NCBI GenBank assembly: GCA_026713605.1
Contig: JAPOOC010000007.1
Location: 59,418 to 123,417 of the forward strand
Reading direction: 5' to 3'
DNA length: 64,000 nucleotides
Source: Candidatus Kaiserbacteria bacterium
GTDB taxonomy: Bacteria > Patescibacteriota > Minisyncoccia > Phycocordibacterales > JABAAK01
Within the stretch, counting starts at the first letter, position 1, and every line of letters begins with the position of its first letter. Below the pieces are notes generated by a model that ran no database searches, was not told the DNA's origin, and was given only the letters and a program-made list of their open reading frames with translations. Made by a program: the position numbers and the translations under genes. Positions 48,464 through 58,243 of the stretch are shown piece after piece.

Positions 48464-49489
48464 ATGAAAACCTTCTTATTTTTCTGCCTCGCCGTGTCCC
48501 TAGGTGCATTCCTGGGGCTGTTCGACGGCGAGGCACCCACATCTCCCTCTCCCAGCAGGGAGGGGAGAATTGCCACCACCATCAAGAGAATTGAGCGGGT
48601 GGTGGTAAAGACAAGGCGTCAAAAAAAGGCGCCAGCAAAACTCCCTGCCAGCGAGCGGGGGGTAGTCGGTGCGGCCAAAAAGATAGGGCCGCACACCAGC
48701 ATCCCAGAAGAGGTGTTGGTGGGGATTGCCGAACAGGAAACACAGTTCGGCAAAAACTTCGGAAAAGCGGGGCGCGCGCTCAATCGCGCGCGCTCAATCA
48801 AGGAGCAAGCGCTCCTTGCGTTTGTCGCGGCGGAAAGAGGGGTGTCCATTGAGCAAATGGAGACATCCACTTCTGCGGCGTTCGGGCTGACACAGGCCAG
48901 ACCGTCGCTATATCTTGCCCATTGCGGGCTGGAGGTGCAGTTCGGAAAAACCCCAACCGTCCTTCTGCACGGGACACAGGCATACCGCAGTATGTCCCGC
49001 GCAGAAAGATCCGCTGGGATCAGAGAGATCCAGCGGAAGTTGGGGATGAAAAAAGTTGATGGGCTGATCGGCCCGTCAACATTAGAGGCGATCGAGGAAA
49101 AGGTCGGTCGCAGGGCTTTTGACAAGGTAGCGAAATACCTCCTGGTCAAAAAGTACTATGGTAACCACGTGAAATTGGTTACCAGCAAAGAGCGCGACAA
49201 GGTTTTTCAAAGAATCTGTCGCGCGGAAAGAAGAGATCCGGTGAGAACGAAGTATTTCTTGCCAGACCTCTGGAACCCGGTGCACGCTCTGGCATACACC
49301 AGCGTGCATCTGGAGGACGACCTCCGCATAGCGAAGAGATCGTCCAAGCGGGAAGATTCCGCAGTAGATGTGGCAATTGCCGCGTATTACTGTGGAATCA
49401 AATCTGCCCTGAACCGCAACCCTGACGGGCTGTGGTATCAGAGGCAAGTGAAGGCAAAGGCAGGGAAATTTAAAACTGTCTTTGCTTAA
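48464..49489 (+). CDS. Secreted cell-wall-associated protein with PG_binding_1-like peptidoglycan-binding domain
   Basis: Signal peptide; IREIQRKLGMKKVDGLIGPSTLEAI resembles PGBD helix-pair motif; 341 aa. Confidence 0.5.
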   Translation: MKTFLFFCLAVSLGAFLGLFDGEAPTSPSPSREGRIATTIKRIERVVVKTRRQKKAPAKLPASERGVVGAAKKIGPHTSIPEEVLVGIAEQETQFGKNFGKAGRALNRARSIKEQALLAFVAAERGVSIEQMETSTSAAFGLTQARPSLYLAHCGLEVQFGKTPTVLLHGTQAYRSMSRAERSAGIREIQRKLGMKKVDGLIGPSTLEAIEEKVGRRAFDKVAKYLLVKKYYGNHVKLVTSKERDKVFQRICRAERRDPVRTKYFLPDLWNPVHALAYTSVHLEDDLRIAKRSSKREDSAVDVAIAAYYCGIKSALNRNPDGLWYQRQVKAKAGKFKTVFA

Positions 49490-49495
49490 ACAACA

Positions 49496-49533
49496 GGGGC
49501 GGGCGCTTTGCGCCCGCCCCATTACTATTTTTA
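49496..49533 (+). terminator. Rho-independent terminator
   Basis: GGGGCGGGCGC-TTTG-CGCCCGCCCC then ATTACTATTTTT. Confidence 0.8.
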
Positions 49534-49581
49534 CAGACAAACCAAATCCACCCCAATTTTTATACGATATACTACCACTAT

Positions 49582-50394
49582 ATGAGCGATATACATGTAG
49601 ACAAACTGAACAACTCACAGTTGATACTGCTGGTGCTATTGATATCGCTGGTAGTGTCTGCAGCAGTGGCAGTAGCAACACTATCAGTAGTGTATGAACG
49701 ATTAGCATTAGCACCAGGCGCTGAAACAGAGTCGCAGCCGACGGTCATCAGGCAGACGATCAATAGAATTATTGAGCGAGAGCCAGCATCAGGATCCGGC
49801 ATCACAAATACGCAGAGCACAGCAGGGATGCTGACACTAGACACCATTGAGCAGGCACTCGTGCAACTCTACTTCGGCTCGCAACCGTTCACCCACGGTA
49901 TGTATATTTCACCGAACGGACACATCTTCGCAGCAGAAACGCTAGACCCACAACGACGATACAGCGTGCTGGATGAGGCAGGAAATCCAACCTTCTTTTC
50001 ACTGCTACACAACGGGGAGAAGTATGCGCTGTTGGCTCCGGTAGATACCGATACATACACGACACAACACTATGTACCACTAGAACACAGCTCGGACATA
50101 CTACTCGGACAGACCGTGGTGGTATTCGGCGGATCAGGGGAGCGCGCGCAACTGCACACCGGCATCGTCTCGCAGAAGAAGAAAGTCGCGGGTGAAACCT
50201 CCTCATTTCGGGTGTCAATCAACGCATCAGAAATCACCACTACCTCCGCCGTATTCATAGAAAACTCATTTGTCGGATTCGCGCAACCGTATACTGACTG
50301 GATAGCACTCCCCAGCAGCACCGTTACCACCTACGCAACAAAACAACAAGCAGGGGAAAACACAACCACACCACCTGCAGAATCACCACAATAG
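49582..50394 (+). CDS. Membrane-anchored hypothetical protein (possible degenerate trypsin-like fold)
   Basis: N-terminal TM; weak GxSGx-like segment (FGGSGE); no firm assignment. Confidence 0.4.
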   Translation: MSDIHVDKLNNSQLILLVLLISLVVSAAVAVATLSVVYERLALAPGAETESQPTVIRQTINRIIEREPASGSGITNTQSTAGMLTLDTIEQALVQLYFGSQPFTHGMYISPNGHIFAAETLDPQRRYSVLDEAGNPTFFSLLHNGEKYALLAPVDTDTYTTQHYVPLEHSSDILLGQTVVVFGGSGERAQLHTGIVSQKKKVAGETSSFRVSINASEITTTSAVFIENSFVGFAQPYTDWIALPSSTVTTYATKQQAGENTTTPPAESPQ

Positions 50395-50431
50395 CACAAA
50401 GGTGTAAAGTGGTTGAAACGGCAGATGGGGT

Positions 50432-53149
50432 GTGGTACCATGTTCACTATATATGTCATCGTTCCAGCAATTTACCGCAAAGGCAAAAGAGGCCTTTCGA
50501 ATGGCACAAGAACTCGCCGTTGACAACGGGCATCAGAACATCAGTCCGGTGCATCTATTCACCGCGCTCGTCGGACAAGAGGACGGGATTGTACAGCCAG
50601 TACTACAAAAATTAAACATTGACCCATATGCCCTCTACAACCAGGCAATCGGGCTGTTAGAATCCCGCGCCTCATCATTTGACATAGAGGGGTCGCCAAT
50701 AGTACAGCTCTACCCGACGCCTGAACTGGCAATCGTGCTTGAACACTCAGGAAAAATCGCAAGCGCACTGAAAGAAAAGCACATTTCAACAGAACACCTC
50801 TTCCTCGCGGTACTGGAGAAGCCAGGCATTCTCCGGGGCTTACTAGAGGGATACGGACTACACGCAAAAGAGGTGCACGAGACAATTATGCATCTGCGAA
50901 AAGAAAACAAGCAAGAGACACCCCAGACAAAAGCAAAAAGTTTAGAAAAATACGGACGCAATCTCACACAGCTCGCACGCGAAAACAAGTTGGATCCAGT
51001 CATCGGACGGGATGAAGAGACCGCACGGGTTATCCAAATACTATCCCGCAGAACAAAAAACAACCCCATCCTCATCGGAGAGGCAGGAACCGGAAAGACA
51101 GCGATAGGCGAAGGGCTGGCACAACGCATCATATCCGGTGATGTGCCAGAATCCATGCGCTCCAAAGAACTATACAGCTTAGATGTAGTGTCCATGCTGG
51201 CAGGAACAAAGTTTCGGGGAGAGTTTGAAGACCGCCTGAAAAAGGTGATGAAAGAGGTAGAAGATGCAAAAGATAAATACATTTTATTTGTAGATGAAAT
51301 ACACTCACTGGTCGGCACTGGAAACGCCGAAGGGACTATGGATGCCGCAAACATCCTAAAGCCAGCACTTGCCCGCGGACAAATGCGAATGATTGGCGCA
51401 ACCACCCTGAAAGAGTACCAGCAGCACATTGAGAAAGACGGCGCGCTGACACGACGGTTTCAGCCGGTGTATGTCTCTGAACCCTCCATCGAAGATGCAA
51501 TTTCTATTCTGCGCGGACTACGGGAGCGCTATGAGGTGTATCACGGCGTACGCATCACCGACGCGGCGATTGTTGCGGCGGCACAACTGAGCAGCCGATA
51601 CATCACAGAACGATTTTTACCAGACAAAGCAATTGACTTGGTGGACGAAGCAGCATCGTTAATGCGAGTATCACTGGAGAATAAGCCACCTGAGCTAGAT
51701 GTAGCACACCGCAAAGTTATGCAGCTTGAGATTGAAATGGAAGCAGTAAAGAAGGATTACGAGGCAACAAAAGATGACGACACAAAAAAGCGAATACAGC
51801 AACTAGAGAAAGAAGTGGCAGATGTAAAAGAGCAGAGCAGAGAGCTGGAAGTTCGCTGGAAGAACGAAAAAGAGACCATTGAGCAAATTAAAGAGTTACA
51901 AACCAACCTCGAGCGGAAACGCCACGAAGGGGAAGAGGCAGAAAGCAAGGCAGATTTCACTCGAGCGGCAGAGATTCGATACAAAGATATTCCACTAATT
52001 GAAAGCAAGTTTAAAAAAGCACAAGCGCGCTTAAAGCGACTGCAAAAAAATAGAAAGATACTGCGGGAAGAAGTAACCGAAGAAGACATCGCGCATGTCA
52101 TCGCTCGATGGACAGGCGTGCCAGCAACAAGAATGCTTGAAAGCGAGGCAAAGAAGTTAACCAGAATGGAAGCAGAACTGAAAAAGCAAATTATCGGACA
52201 AGATGAATCCATAGAAAAGATAGCATCAGCGATCAAGCGATCCCGCGCCGGCATCGCAAACCCAAACCGACCAGTCGGCTCATTCCTCTTTCTCGGCCCA
52301 ACCGGCGTAGGAAAGACCGAACTCGCAAAACAACTCGCGCAGTACATGTTTGATGATGAAAAAGCATTGGTACGATTTGACATGTCCGAATACATGGAAC
52401 GACACACCGTGTCAAAGATGATCGGCGCGCCTCCCGGCTATGTCGGCTATGAAGAGGCAGGCAAACTAACCGAAGCAGTCCGCCACCGACCGTATTCAAT
52501 CGTGCTATTTGATGAAATAGAGAAAGCACACCCTGATGTATTCAATGTACTCTTGCAGGTATTGGATGACGGACGACTAACGGACAGCAAAGGGCGAACA
52601 GTAAATTTCAAAAACACCGTCGTCATCCTCACCTCCAATGTCGGCTCTGAAAAATTAATCAATATGAACCAAATCGGATTTGAGGAGGCAGTAAAAAAAT
52701 CTGAAGAGCAATCAAAGCAATATGATGAAGTGCGAAACCGAGTAATGGACACACTACAGAAATCATTCAGACCAGAGTTCCTAAACCGCCTTGACGAAAT
52801 TATCGTCTTCAGACCACTGGACAAAACAAGTGTCAGAAAAGTAGTAACACTCCTGGTAAACGAAGCAATACAACGACTCGCCGAGCGGGAAGTCACCGTC
52901 ACTGTTGACCGTGCGGTCTATGAGAAAATCGGCAAAGAAGGATACCACGCCGAATATGGCGCACGACCCCTCCGCAGAAAAATCCAAACCGACCTACTCA
53001 ACCCACTCGCCAACGCCATCATTGAAGGCAACCTCGGCAAGGGGTCAAGTGTTCATGTGCGTATTGAGAAAGGAGAATACCAATTTGACACCACCAAAAA
53101 ACGCACCAAAAAAACAAAAGCCAAAAAACCAGAAGGAGTTTTGGTATAA
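50432..53149 (+). CDS. clpB: Chaperone disaggregase ClpB
   Basis: Clp N domain, two AAA+ modules (GEAGTGKTA; GPTGVGKTE), long middle coiled coil, sensor motifs; 905 aa. Confidence 0.95.
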   Translation: MVPCSLYMSSFQQFTAKAKEAFRMAQELAVDNGHQNISPVHLFTALVGQEDGIVQPVLQKLNIDPYALYNQAIGLLESRASSFDIEGSPIVQLYPTPELAIVLEHSGKIASALKEKHISTEHLFLAVLEKPGILRGLLEGYGLHAKEVHETIMHLRKENKQETPQTKAKSLEKYGRNLTQLARENKLDPVIGRDEETARVIQILSRRTKNNPILIGEAGTGKTAIGEGLAQRIISGDVPESMRSKELYSLDVVSMLAGTKFRGEFEDRLKKVMKEVEDAKDKYILFVDEIHSLVGTGNAEGTMDAANILKPALARGQMRMIGATTLKEYQQHIEKDGALTRRFQPVYVSEPSIEDAISILRGLRERYEVYHGVRITDAAIVAAAQLSSRYITERFLPDKAIDLVDEAASLMRVSLENKPPELDVAHRKVMQLEIEMEAVKKDYEATKDDDTKKRIQQLEKEVADVKEQSRELEVRWKNEKETIEQIKELQTNLERKRHEGEEAESKADFTRAAEIRYKDIPLIESKFKKAQARLKRLQKNRKILREEVTEEDIAHVIARWTGVPATRMLESEAKKLTRMEAELKKQIIGQDESIEKIASAIKRSRAGIANPNRPVGSFLFLGPTGVGKTELAKQLAQYMFDDEKALVRFDMSEYMERHTVSKMIGAPPGYVGYEEAGKLTEAVRHRPYSIVLFDEIEKAHPDVFNVLLQVLDDGRLTDSKGRTVNFKNTVVILTSNVGSEKLINMNQIGFEEAVKKSEEQSKQYDEVRNRVMDTLQKSFRPEFLNRLDEIIVFRPLDKTSVRKVVTLLVNEAIQRLAEREVTVTVDRAVYEKIGKEGYHAEYGARPLRRKIQTDLLNPLANAIIEGNLGKGSSVHVRIEKGEYQFDTTKKRTKKTKAKKPEGVLV

Positions 53150-53154
53150 CCCAC

Positions 53155-53392
53155 ACAACCTCCATGGGATTACTCCCGCTGGTTCCTAAGACCAGTGCGT
53201 CTACCCGCGCCGGCAATCTCTGATTGACGCTGACTATCAGTCGCCGCCTGTGGCGGAATTGCTTGTGCCGAGGAGAGGGCTTGAACCTCCATGGGATTAC
53301 TCCCGCTGGTTCCTAAAACCAGTGCGTCTACCCGTGCCGGCAATCTCTGATTGACGCTGACTATCAGTCGCCACCTGTGGCGGAATTGCTTG
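53155..53392 (-). repeat. Two tandem ~126-bp units, each = 3' two-thirds of tRNA-Leu(UAG) fused to a palindrome-bearing spacer
   Basis: Units at 53155-53206(+spacer) and 53266-53332(+spacer) match the anticodon/variable/T-arm/3' acceptor of the adjacent full tRNA but lack the 5' acceptor and D-stem; 4 SNPs between units. Confidence 0.8.
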
Positions 53393-53478
<86 letters not shown>

Positions 53479-53479
53479 G

Positions 53480-53552
53480 TCCGCCCGCTAGGACTCGAAC
53501 CTAGGACCCACCGGTTAAGAGCCGGTTGCTCTACCAACTGAGCTACGGGCGG
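53480..53552 (-). tRNA. tRNA-Lys (anticodon CUU)
   Basis: RC: CCGCCCG-TA-GCTC-AGTTGGTA-GAGC-A-ACCGG-CTCTTAA-CCGGT-GGGTC-CTAGG-TTCGAGT-CCTAG-CGGGCGG-A. Confidence 0.85.
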
Positions 53553-53630
53553 AGGGAATCTTTTTCATTCTTGTGAATGATGTCTCCAGTATGCCACAAA
53601 ACCAATGTAAAATTGCTATACTACACTATA

Positions 53631-53711
53631 GCCGGAGTGGCGGAACTGGTATACGCGCACGACTTAAAATCGTGTACCTCTGGTATGCGGGTTCGACTCC
53701 CGCCTCCGGCA
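53631..53711 (+). tRNA. tRNA-Leu (anticodon UAA), long variable arm
   Basis: GCCGGAG-TG-GCG-GAACTGGTATA-CGC-G-CACGA-CTTAAAA-TCGTG-variable-GCGGG-TTCGACT-CCCGC-CTCCGGC-A. Confidence 0.85.
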
Positions 53712-53961
53712 CTTGTTAGTTCCGCCACCCGTGGCGTCTAGTATTCTGCACCAATCAGAGATTGGTGGCACGGGTATACGCGCACGACTTAAAATCGTGT
53801 ACCTCTGGTATGCGGGTTCGACCCCCGCCTCCGGCACTTGTTAGTTCCGCCACCCGTGGCGTCTAGTATTCTGCACCAATCAGAGATTGGTGGCACGGGT
53901 ATACGCGCACGACTTAAAATCGTGTACCTCTGGTATGCGGGTTCGACTCCCGCCTTCGGCA
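53712..53961 (+). repeat. Two tandem ~120-bp units, each = conserved spacer + 3' two-thirds of tRNA-Leu(UAA)
   Basis: Spacer CTTGTTAGTTCCGCCACCCGTGGCGTCTAGTATTCTGCACCAATCAGAGATTGGTG then GCACGGGTATACGCGCACGACTTAAAATCGTG...CCTCCGGCA; second unit carries an acceptor SNP (CCTTCGGCA). Confidence 0.8.
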
Positions 53962-54125
53962 CAGCAAAAAACACCACACCCCCACAAAATTACTTCATTA
54001 ACAGCATCGTTTTCCCACCACCACCCTTTTCTCCATCCCACACTTCGCAAGGTAACAAAGCGGGGGATCACCACCTGTCCTCACTAGAACTTAGGTATAA
54101 TTTTCAATGTTATACTTTAAATATC

Positions 54126-55364
54126 ATGTCAGTTACTCAAGTGGGTGTAAAAACAGATGGTCAGAGATTCCTCTTTGGCGATGTTTATCCTGATCTAAGT
54201 GTGAAACCAAAAAATATTGAAACAGAAGGTATAAAATATATTGGTTCAAAAAAAGAGATACTTCCTAAAATTTTGCTAATACTTGCATTATTAAGAAAGC
54301 AAACCAGCATCAAAACTATTTTAGACGGCTTTTCTGGTTCAACGAGAGTCACGCAAATGCTAGCAAAAAGTGGTTTTGATGTACTATCAAACGATACTGC
54401 CATTTACTCAAGAATCTTTGCAGAATGTTATTTAATGACAAAGAAAAATAAAGAATATTATGCCAAGAAAATTGAAAAGTTAAATGTTTTAGAAGGTAAG
54501 AGCGGCTGGTTTTCAAAACATTACGGAGGAACTGATAATGACGGGTTGTCAGTGGGGGATGATGGAAAGAAAAAGATGTGGCAATTACATAATACAAAAA
54601 AGCTTGATGCAGTACTAGAAGCCATACATGCAGAACAAGATGAGCAGGATAAAAATGTACTCCTCACCTCCCTAATTTTAGGACTTGATAAGGTTGACAG
54701 CTCTCTCGGGCATCAAGTTTCGTATCTTAAAGAGTGGGCAAAGAGGTCTTATAATGAGTTAGCGTTAAAAGTTCCCAATTATTTTATCAACAGCGGGAAT
54801 CATGCGGTTTATAATAAAGACATTTTTGAATTAATTAATGAAATTGACGTTGATGTGGCGTATTATGATCCGCCCTACTGTTCAAATAATGAAAAAATGC
54901 CAGCATCGCGTGTCAGATATAATTCTTATTACCATATATGGACATCAATTTGTTTAAATGATATTCCAGAAGTTTTTGGCGCATGTAACCGAAGATTAGA
55001 TACCAGTGATAAAACGGCGATATCAGTATTTGAAGAATTTAGAAAAGATACAGAAACAGATGATTATATCACCACCTTGAAAATAAAGGAATTGATACAA
55101 AAAACTAGTGCAAAGTTTATTATATTCTCATATTCAAGCAGTGGTCGTACAGATAAAAAAAGTTTTAAAAGAATATTAAATGAGTTGGGATTAAATTTTT
55201 TATTCTATGAATTTAATTACAAAAAAAATATTATGCACGCCTTAAAGTCCACCAATGAATGGGTAAATGAGCAGGGGAATAGGGAATACTTGATTGTCAT
55301 AGATAAATATGGAGTGCTTGACTTGGAAAAAGTAGAAAAAGGATTAACATCCACACCTCTTTAA
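54126..55364 (+). CDS. Dam-family (D12 class, alpha-type) N6-adenine DNA methyltransferase
   Basis: N-terminal IKYIGSKKEILPKIL (Dam motif X), motif I ILDGFSGSTRV, motif IV YYDPPY; AT-rich codon usage; start trimmed from ORF-track 53838, which runs into the tRNA repeat array. Confidence 0.8.
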   Translation: MSVTQVGVKTDGQRFLFGDVYPDLSVKPKNIETEGIKYIGSKKEILPKILLILALLRKQTSIKTILDGFSGSTRVTQMLAKSGFDVLSNDTAIYSRIFAECYLMTKKNKEYYAKKIEKLNVLEGKSGWFSKHYGGTDNDGLSVGDDGKKKMWQLHNTKKLDAVLEAIHAEQDEQDKNVLLTSLILGLDKVDSSLGHQVSYLKEWAKRSYNELALKVPNYFINSGNHAVYNKDIFELINEIDVDVAYYDPPYCSNNEKMPASRVRYNSYYHIWTSICLNDIPEVFGACNRRLDTSDKTAISVFEEFRKDTETDDYITTLKIKELIQKTSAKFIIFSYSSSGRTDKKSFKRILNELGLNFLFYEFNYKKNIMHALKSTNEWVNEQGNREYLIVIDKYGVLDLEKVEKGLTSTPL

Positions 55365-56129
55365 AAACCTTTTTAATTCTGACTCACCAAAAAGAGATAG
55401 TTCTTTTATGGCCAATAAAAATTTTTGGTTCACCTCATACTCTCCTTCAAAGAGTACATCCAAAATATCTTTCGCTTTATGTGTTTTTGTCCAGATACCT
55501 CTTTGTAATGCATTTGCTGTAGTTCCACCATATCTTGCTTCAAATATATAATTTCCTTTTGCATCCAAAAATTCATATATCGGATGCTTCCTTCTTCCGT
55601 TGGGATTAACTTTTTTAATTTTGCTCAACTTTCTTAACGCCGCATCCGTGTCAATAACGCACACCCTAAACCTGTTTTCCTTTTGATTATATAGAAAACA
55701 TAAAACATGTATGGCAAGAAGTTCCTTCAAAATAGGCAGAACAGATTTTTTATCCACCCGTTTCTTTTCCGCAGAAAGTTTTGATAATTTGTTAAACAAC
55801 CTATTTTCTTTATCCGTTCTTATCTGCAACGGACCATTGTCACCATAATTTTTAAGCGACAGGAAAAACTTCTTGCCAGACCTCTTCTCTTGTATCTCCA
55901 AATCCTCTTCACTTTCTTTTGCTCTGAATTTCTCTTTTCCTATATGTGTTGAATTAAATTTTGTTAAATATTTATTTATGTAATGGTCAAACAAAACTTC
56001 AGCCATGTCGCCGTGTGTCTTATTACCAAACTCCCTGAAAGAAAATATATTGTTAAAAAATGTATCACTTTTTGGATTTTCTCTGAAGTTTTTCTTTAAT
56101 TCTGTAAAAAAATTCATAAAATAAACCAC
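55344..56129 (-). CDS. Hypothetical protein convergent with and overlapping the MTase 3' end; candidate cognate type II restriction endonuclease
   Basis: 261 aa, Lys-rich, AT-rich; 21-bp 3' overlap with MTase; possible D...(D/E)xK-like segment (VIDTDAALRK) but not verified. Confidence 0.35.
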   Translation of the reverse strand: MVYFMNFFTELKKNFRENPKSDTFFNNIFSFREFGNKTHGDMAEVLFDHYINKYLTKFNSTHIGKEKFRAKESEEDLEIQEKRSGKKFFLSLKNYGDNGPLQIRTDKENRLFNKLSKLSAEKKRVDKKSVLPILKELLAIHVLCFLYNQKENRFRVCVIDTDAALRKLSKIKKVNPNGRRKHPIYEFLDAKGNYIFEARYGGTTANALQRGIWTKTHKAKDILDVLFEGEYEVNQKFLLAIKELSLFGESELKRFLKRCGC

Positions 56130-56142
56130 TTACCCTACAAGG

Positions 56143-56225
56143 TGCGCCGGGCAGGATTCGAACCTGCGGAGCCTTTCGGCGATGGGTTTACAGCCCATTG
56201 CAATTGACCACTCTGCCACCGACGC
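56143..56225 (-). tRNA. tRNA-Tyr (anticodon GUA), long variable arm
   Basis: RC: GCGTCGG...ATGGG-CTGTAAA-CCCAT-long variable arm-GCAGG-TTCGAAT-CCTGC-CCGGCGC-A. Confidence 0.8.
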
Positions 56226-56285
56226 GATACGGTAAGTATAGCACTTTTTTGAAAAGTGAATGGGGAATGTGGTATACTGAAGTAT

Positions 56286-56441
56286 ATGTCACAAGATAAC
56301 CTTATCAGGATGAAGTGCGAAGAAACAGGGGATATCGGGTATGTTACCCGCAAAAACAAGAAGCAAAATCCAGACCCAATAGAATTAATGAAATACAACC
56401 CAAAACTTCGCAAGCATACCAAGTACAAGGAGGCCAAATAA
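56286..56441 (+). CDS. rpmG: 50S ribosomal protein L33
   Basis: MSQDNLIRMKCEETGDIGYVTRKNKKQNPDPIELMKYNPKLRKHTKYKEAK matches L33 pattern; start trimmed from 56256. Confidence 0.7.
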   Translation: MSQDNLIRMKCEETGDIGYVTRKNKKQNPDPIELMKYNPKLRKHTKYKEAK

Positions 56442-56490
56442 CGCGCAAAATACCGCAAAAATGAGGGGTGTGTGGTGTATACTGGCAAAG

Positions 56491-57210
56491 ATGGCAGGAA
56501 CAGTATATGTAGTCGGAACACCAATTGGAAATCTGGGAGATATGACAACGCGGGGGGTGGAGACACTGCAAAAAGTAGATACTATATTTTGTGAAGACAC
56601 CCGCGTAACAAAAAAATTATTAGCACGCTACAAGATTGACACATCGTGTGTGTCATACCACTCGTTTAGCGGATTTGGGAAAATCGCGCAGGCAATCAAA
56701 TTGTTACAGCAAGAAAAAGATATCGCACTTGTCTCTGATGCCGGCACACCGACCATCTCAGATCCGGGGGTAAAGCTTGTTCGACACATTCGTGAGAAGC
56801 TGGGTGAAGCAACAGACATTCGCACCGTACCCGGCGCGTCAGCGGTCACCGCCGCACTGTCTATTTCCGGCGCACCAAGCTCATCATTTTTGTTCTTGGG
56901 ATTTCTCCCGCGCAAAAAAGGACGCAAAACACTTTTTAAAGAAATTGCCGAAGAAAAACGAACAGTCGTATGCTACGAAGCGCCGCACCGACTACTCAAA
57001 ACCCTCACCGCACTACAGGAGTCCCTAGACCCCACCCGAGAAGTCATCGTCGCCCGGGAGATGACGAAAGTATACGAACAGGTTATCACCGGAACAGCAG
57101 CAGAAGTGTTGGCGCACTACACAACACACTCAGACGAGGTACGCGGCGAGGTCGTAATCATTATTTCTGGCTTACACAGGACGCAAAGTGTGCAAAAGTT
57201 TCGCAGGTGA
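56491..57210 (+). CDS. rsmI: 16S rRNA (cytidine1402-2'-O)-methyltransferase RsmI
   Basis: Tetrapyrrole-methylase fold N-terminus VYVVGTPIGNLGDMTTRGVETLQKVDTIFCEDTR; start trimmed to MAGTVYVV. Confidence 0.8.
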   Translation: MAGTVYVVGTPIGNLGDMTTRGVETLQKVDTIFCEDTRVTKKLLARYKIDTSCVSYHSFSGFGKIAQAIKLLQQEKDIALVSDAGTPTISDPGVKLVRHIREKLGEATDIRTVPGASAVTAALSISGAPSSSFLFLGFLPRKKGRKTLFKEIAEEKRTVVCYEAPHRLLKTLTALQESLDPTREVIVAREMTKVYEQVITGTAAEVLAHYTTHSDEVRGEVVIIISGLHRTQSVQKFRR

Positions 57211-57237
57211 TGGTATCGCGGGCGATACTACTACCAT

Positions 57238-58209
57238 ATGAACAAAAGGAAGAGAGGCGGAAGGAGGGAAAGAGGCACCACCACCGCTCTCCGCATGCCA
57301 AATAGCGAGCGAAGGGTTCCAGTTGAAAACCCAGACAGGAACAAAAAGCAAAAGGAGGAGAAGCAGGATACCACCCGCAAGCAAGAGGAGTTAGGAGCAG
57401 AGGTATTTTTTGAAAAGCATGGGAGCAAAATATACATAAAGCCGCAAGGTTTTTTCAGGATACGAGAAAAGTGGGATGCTGCCCGCAAGGAATATGCAAA
57501 GGGAGGCAGGGAAGTGGAGCACCTCCTAAAGCAGTTTCCCAAGTGGGTAAGGAATATTCACAACCTCCCCGAAACGCTCAAGCCACTCATACAGAATGAA
57601 GAGAGCGACCATGAGGATTTTCTATACTTCCTGCAAAAACAAGGATTTATCAATCCCGAAAATATAGAGCAGTTTCTTGAGAAAGAGAGCGAGGAGGCAA
57701 AGCAGGAAGCATGCATAGAAAAAGAGTTGCAGGAAATGGAAAGAAAAAGGGCTGAGGAAGAAGAGAAGAAAGAGCGGGCGGAGATGCTGAAAAGAAAAAT
57801 TTTGGAAGAATTAACGGAAACATACTTTGTGCAACCAAAAGAAGTATATATAACCGAACACCCACCATACGCAAGCCCAAACATTGTTCGGATCGACAGG
57901 GATAAGTGGGGAAAAGAGATGCCTGAGTGGGGGAGGATACAGGACATCGCAACAACCACCAGATCTATATACACAGAAGCGGTCATTGTGGGGGATGCCG
58001 TGCATATCATGGACATCAACCAGTACGGCACAGGACTAGACGCAATAGATGCCTTCGCTGCCGACCATGAGGGAGGCAAGTTTGTCACTTTGCATTTCTA
58101 CGAAAAAGGGGAGACAGTACGAGAGACCCGTACCGCCACAAGATTCAAAGAAACGCACTCCTCTTTAATCATTCACGACCCAGAAGCACACATCAGTGGT
58201 AAGGAATGA
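57238..58209 (+). CDS. Hypothetical Lys/Glu-rich protein
   Basis: Basic N-terminus (KRKRGGRRERG), central coiled-coil-like KE-rich region; 323 aa; no family recognised. Confidence 0.45.
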   Translation: MNKRKRGGRRERGTTTALRMPNSERRVPVENPDRNKKQKEEKQDTTRKQEELGAEVFFEKHGSKIYIKPQGFFRIREKWDAARKEYAKGGREVEHLLKQFPKWVRNIHNLPETLKPLIQNEESDHEDFLYFLQKQGFINPENIEQFLEKESEEAKQEACIEKELQEMERKRAEEEEKKERAEMLKRKILEELTETYFVQPKEVYITEHPPYASPNIVRIDRDKWGKEMPEWGRIQDIATTTRSIYTEAVIVGDAVHIMDINQYGTGLDAIDAFAADHEGGKFVTLHFYEKGETVRETRTATRFKETHSSLIIHDPEAHISGKE

Positions 58210-58243
58210 GGAATACAAAATGATTACGGTATACTAAACTTGT

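Noticed and set aside
53838-54125. N-terminal extension of the methyltransferase ORF back to 53838
   Set aside because: The extension runs through the tRNA-Leu fragment repeat array and translates tRNA sequence. The Dam-like N-terminal motif begins right after the Met at 54126, which also has an upstream TATAAT.
53962-56142. Search for attL/attR (direct repeat of a tRNA 3' end) bounding the RM island or the 40.2-45.5 kb GC-rich block
   Set aside because: No duplicate of the tRNA-Tyr, tRNA-Leu or tRNA-Cys 3' end was found at the distal edges by eye, so classic site-specific integration cannot be asserted for either block.
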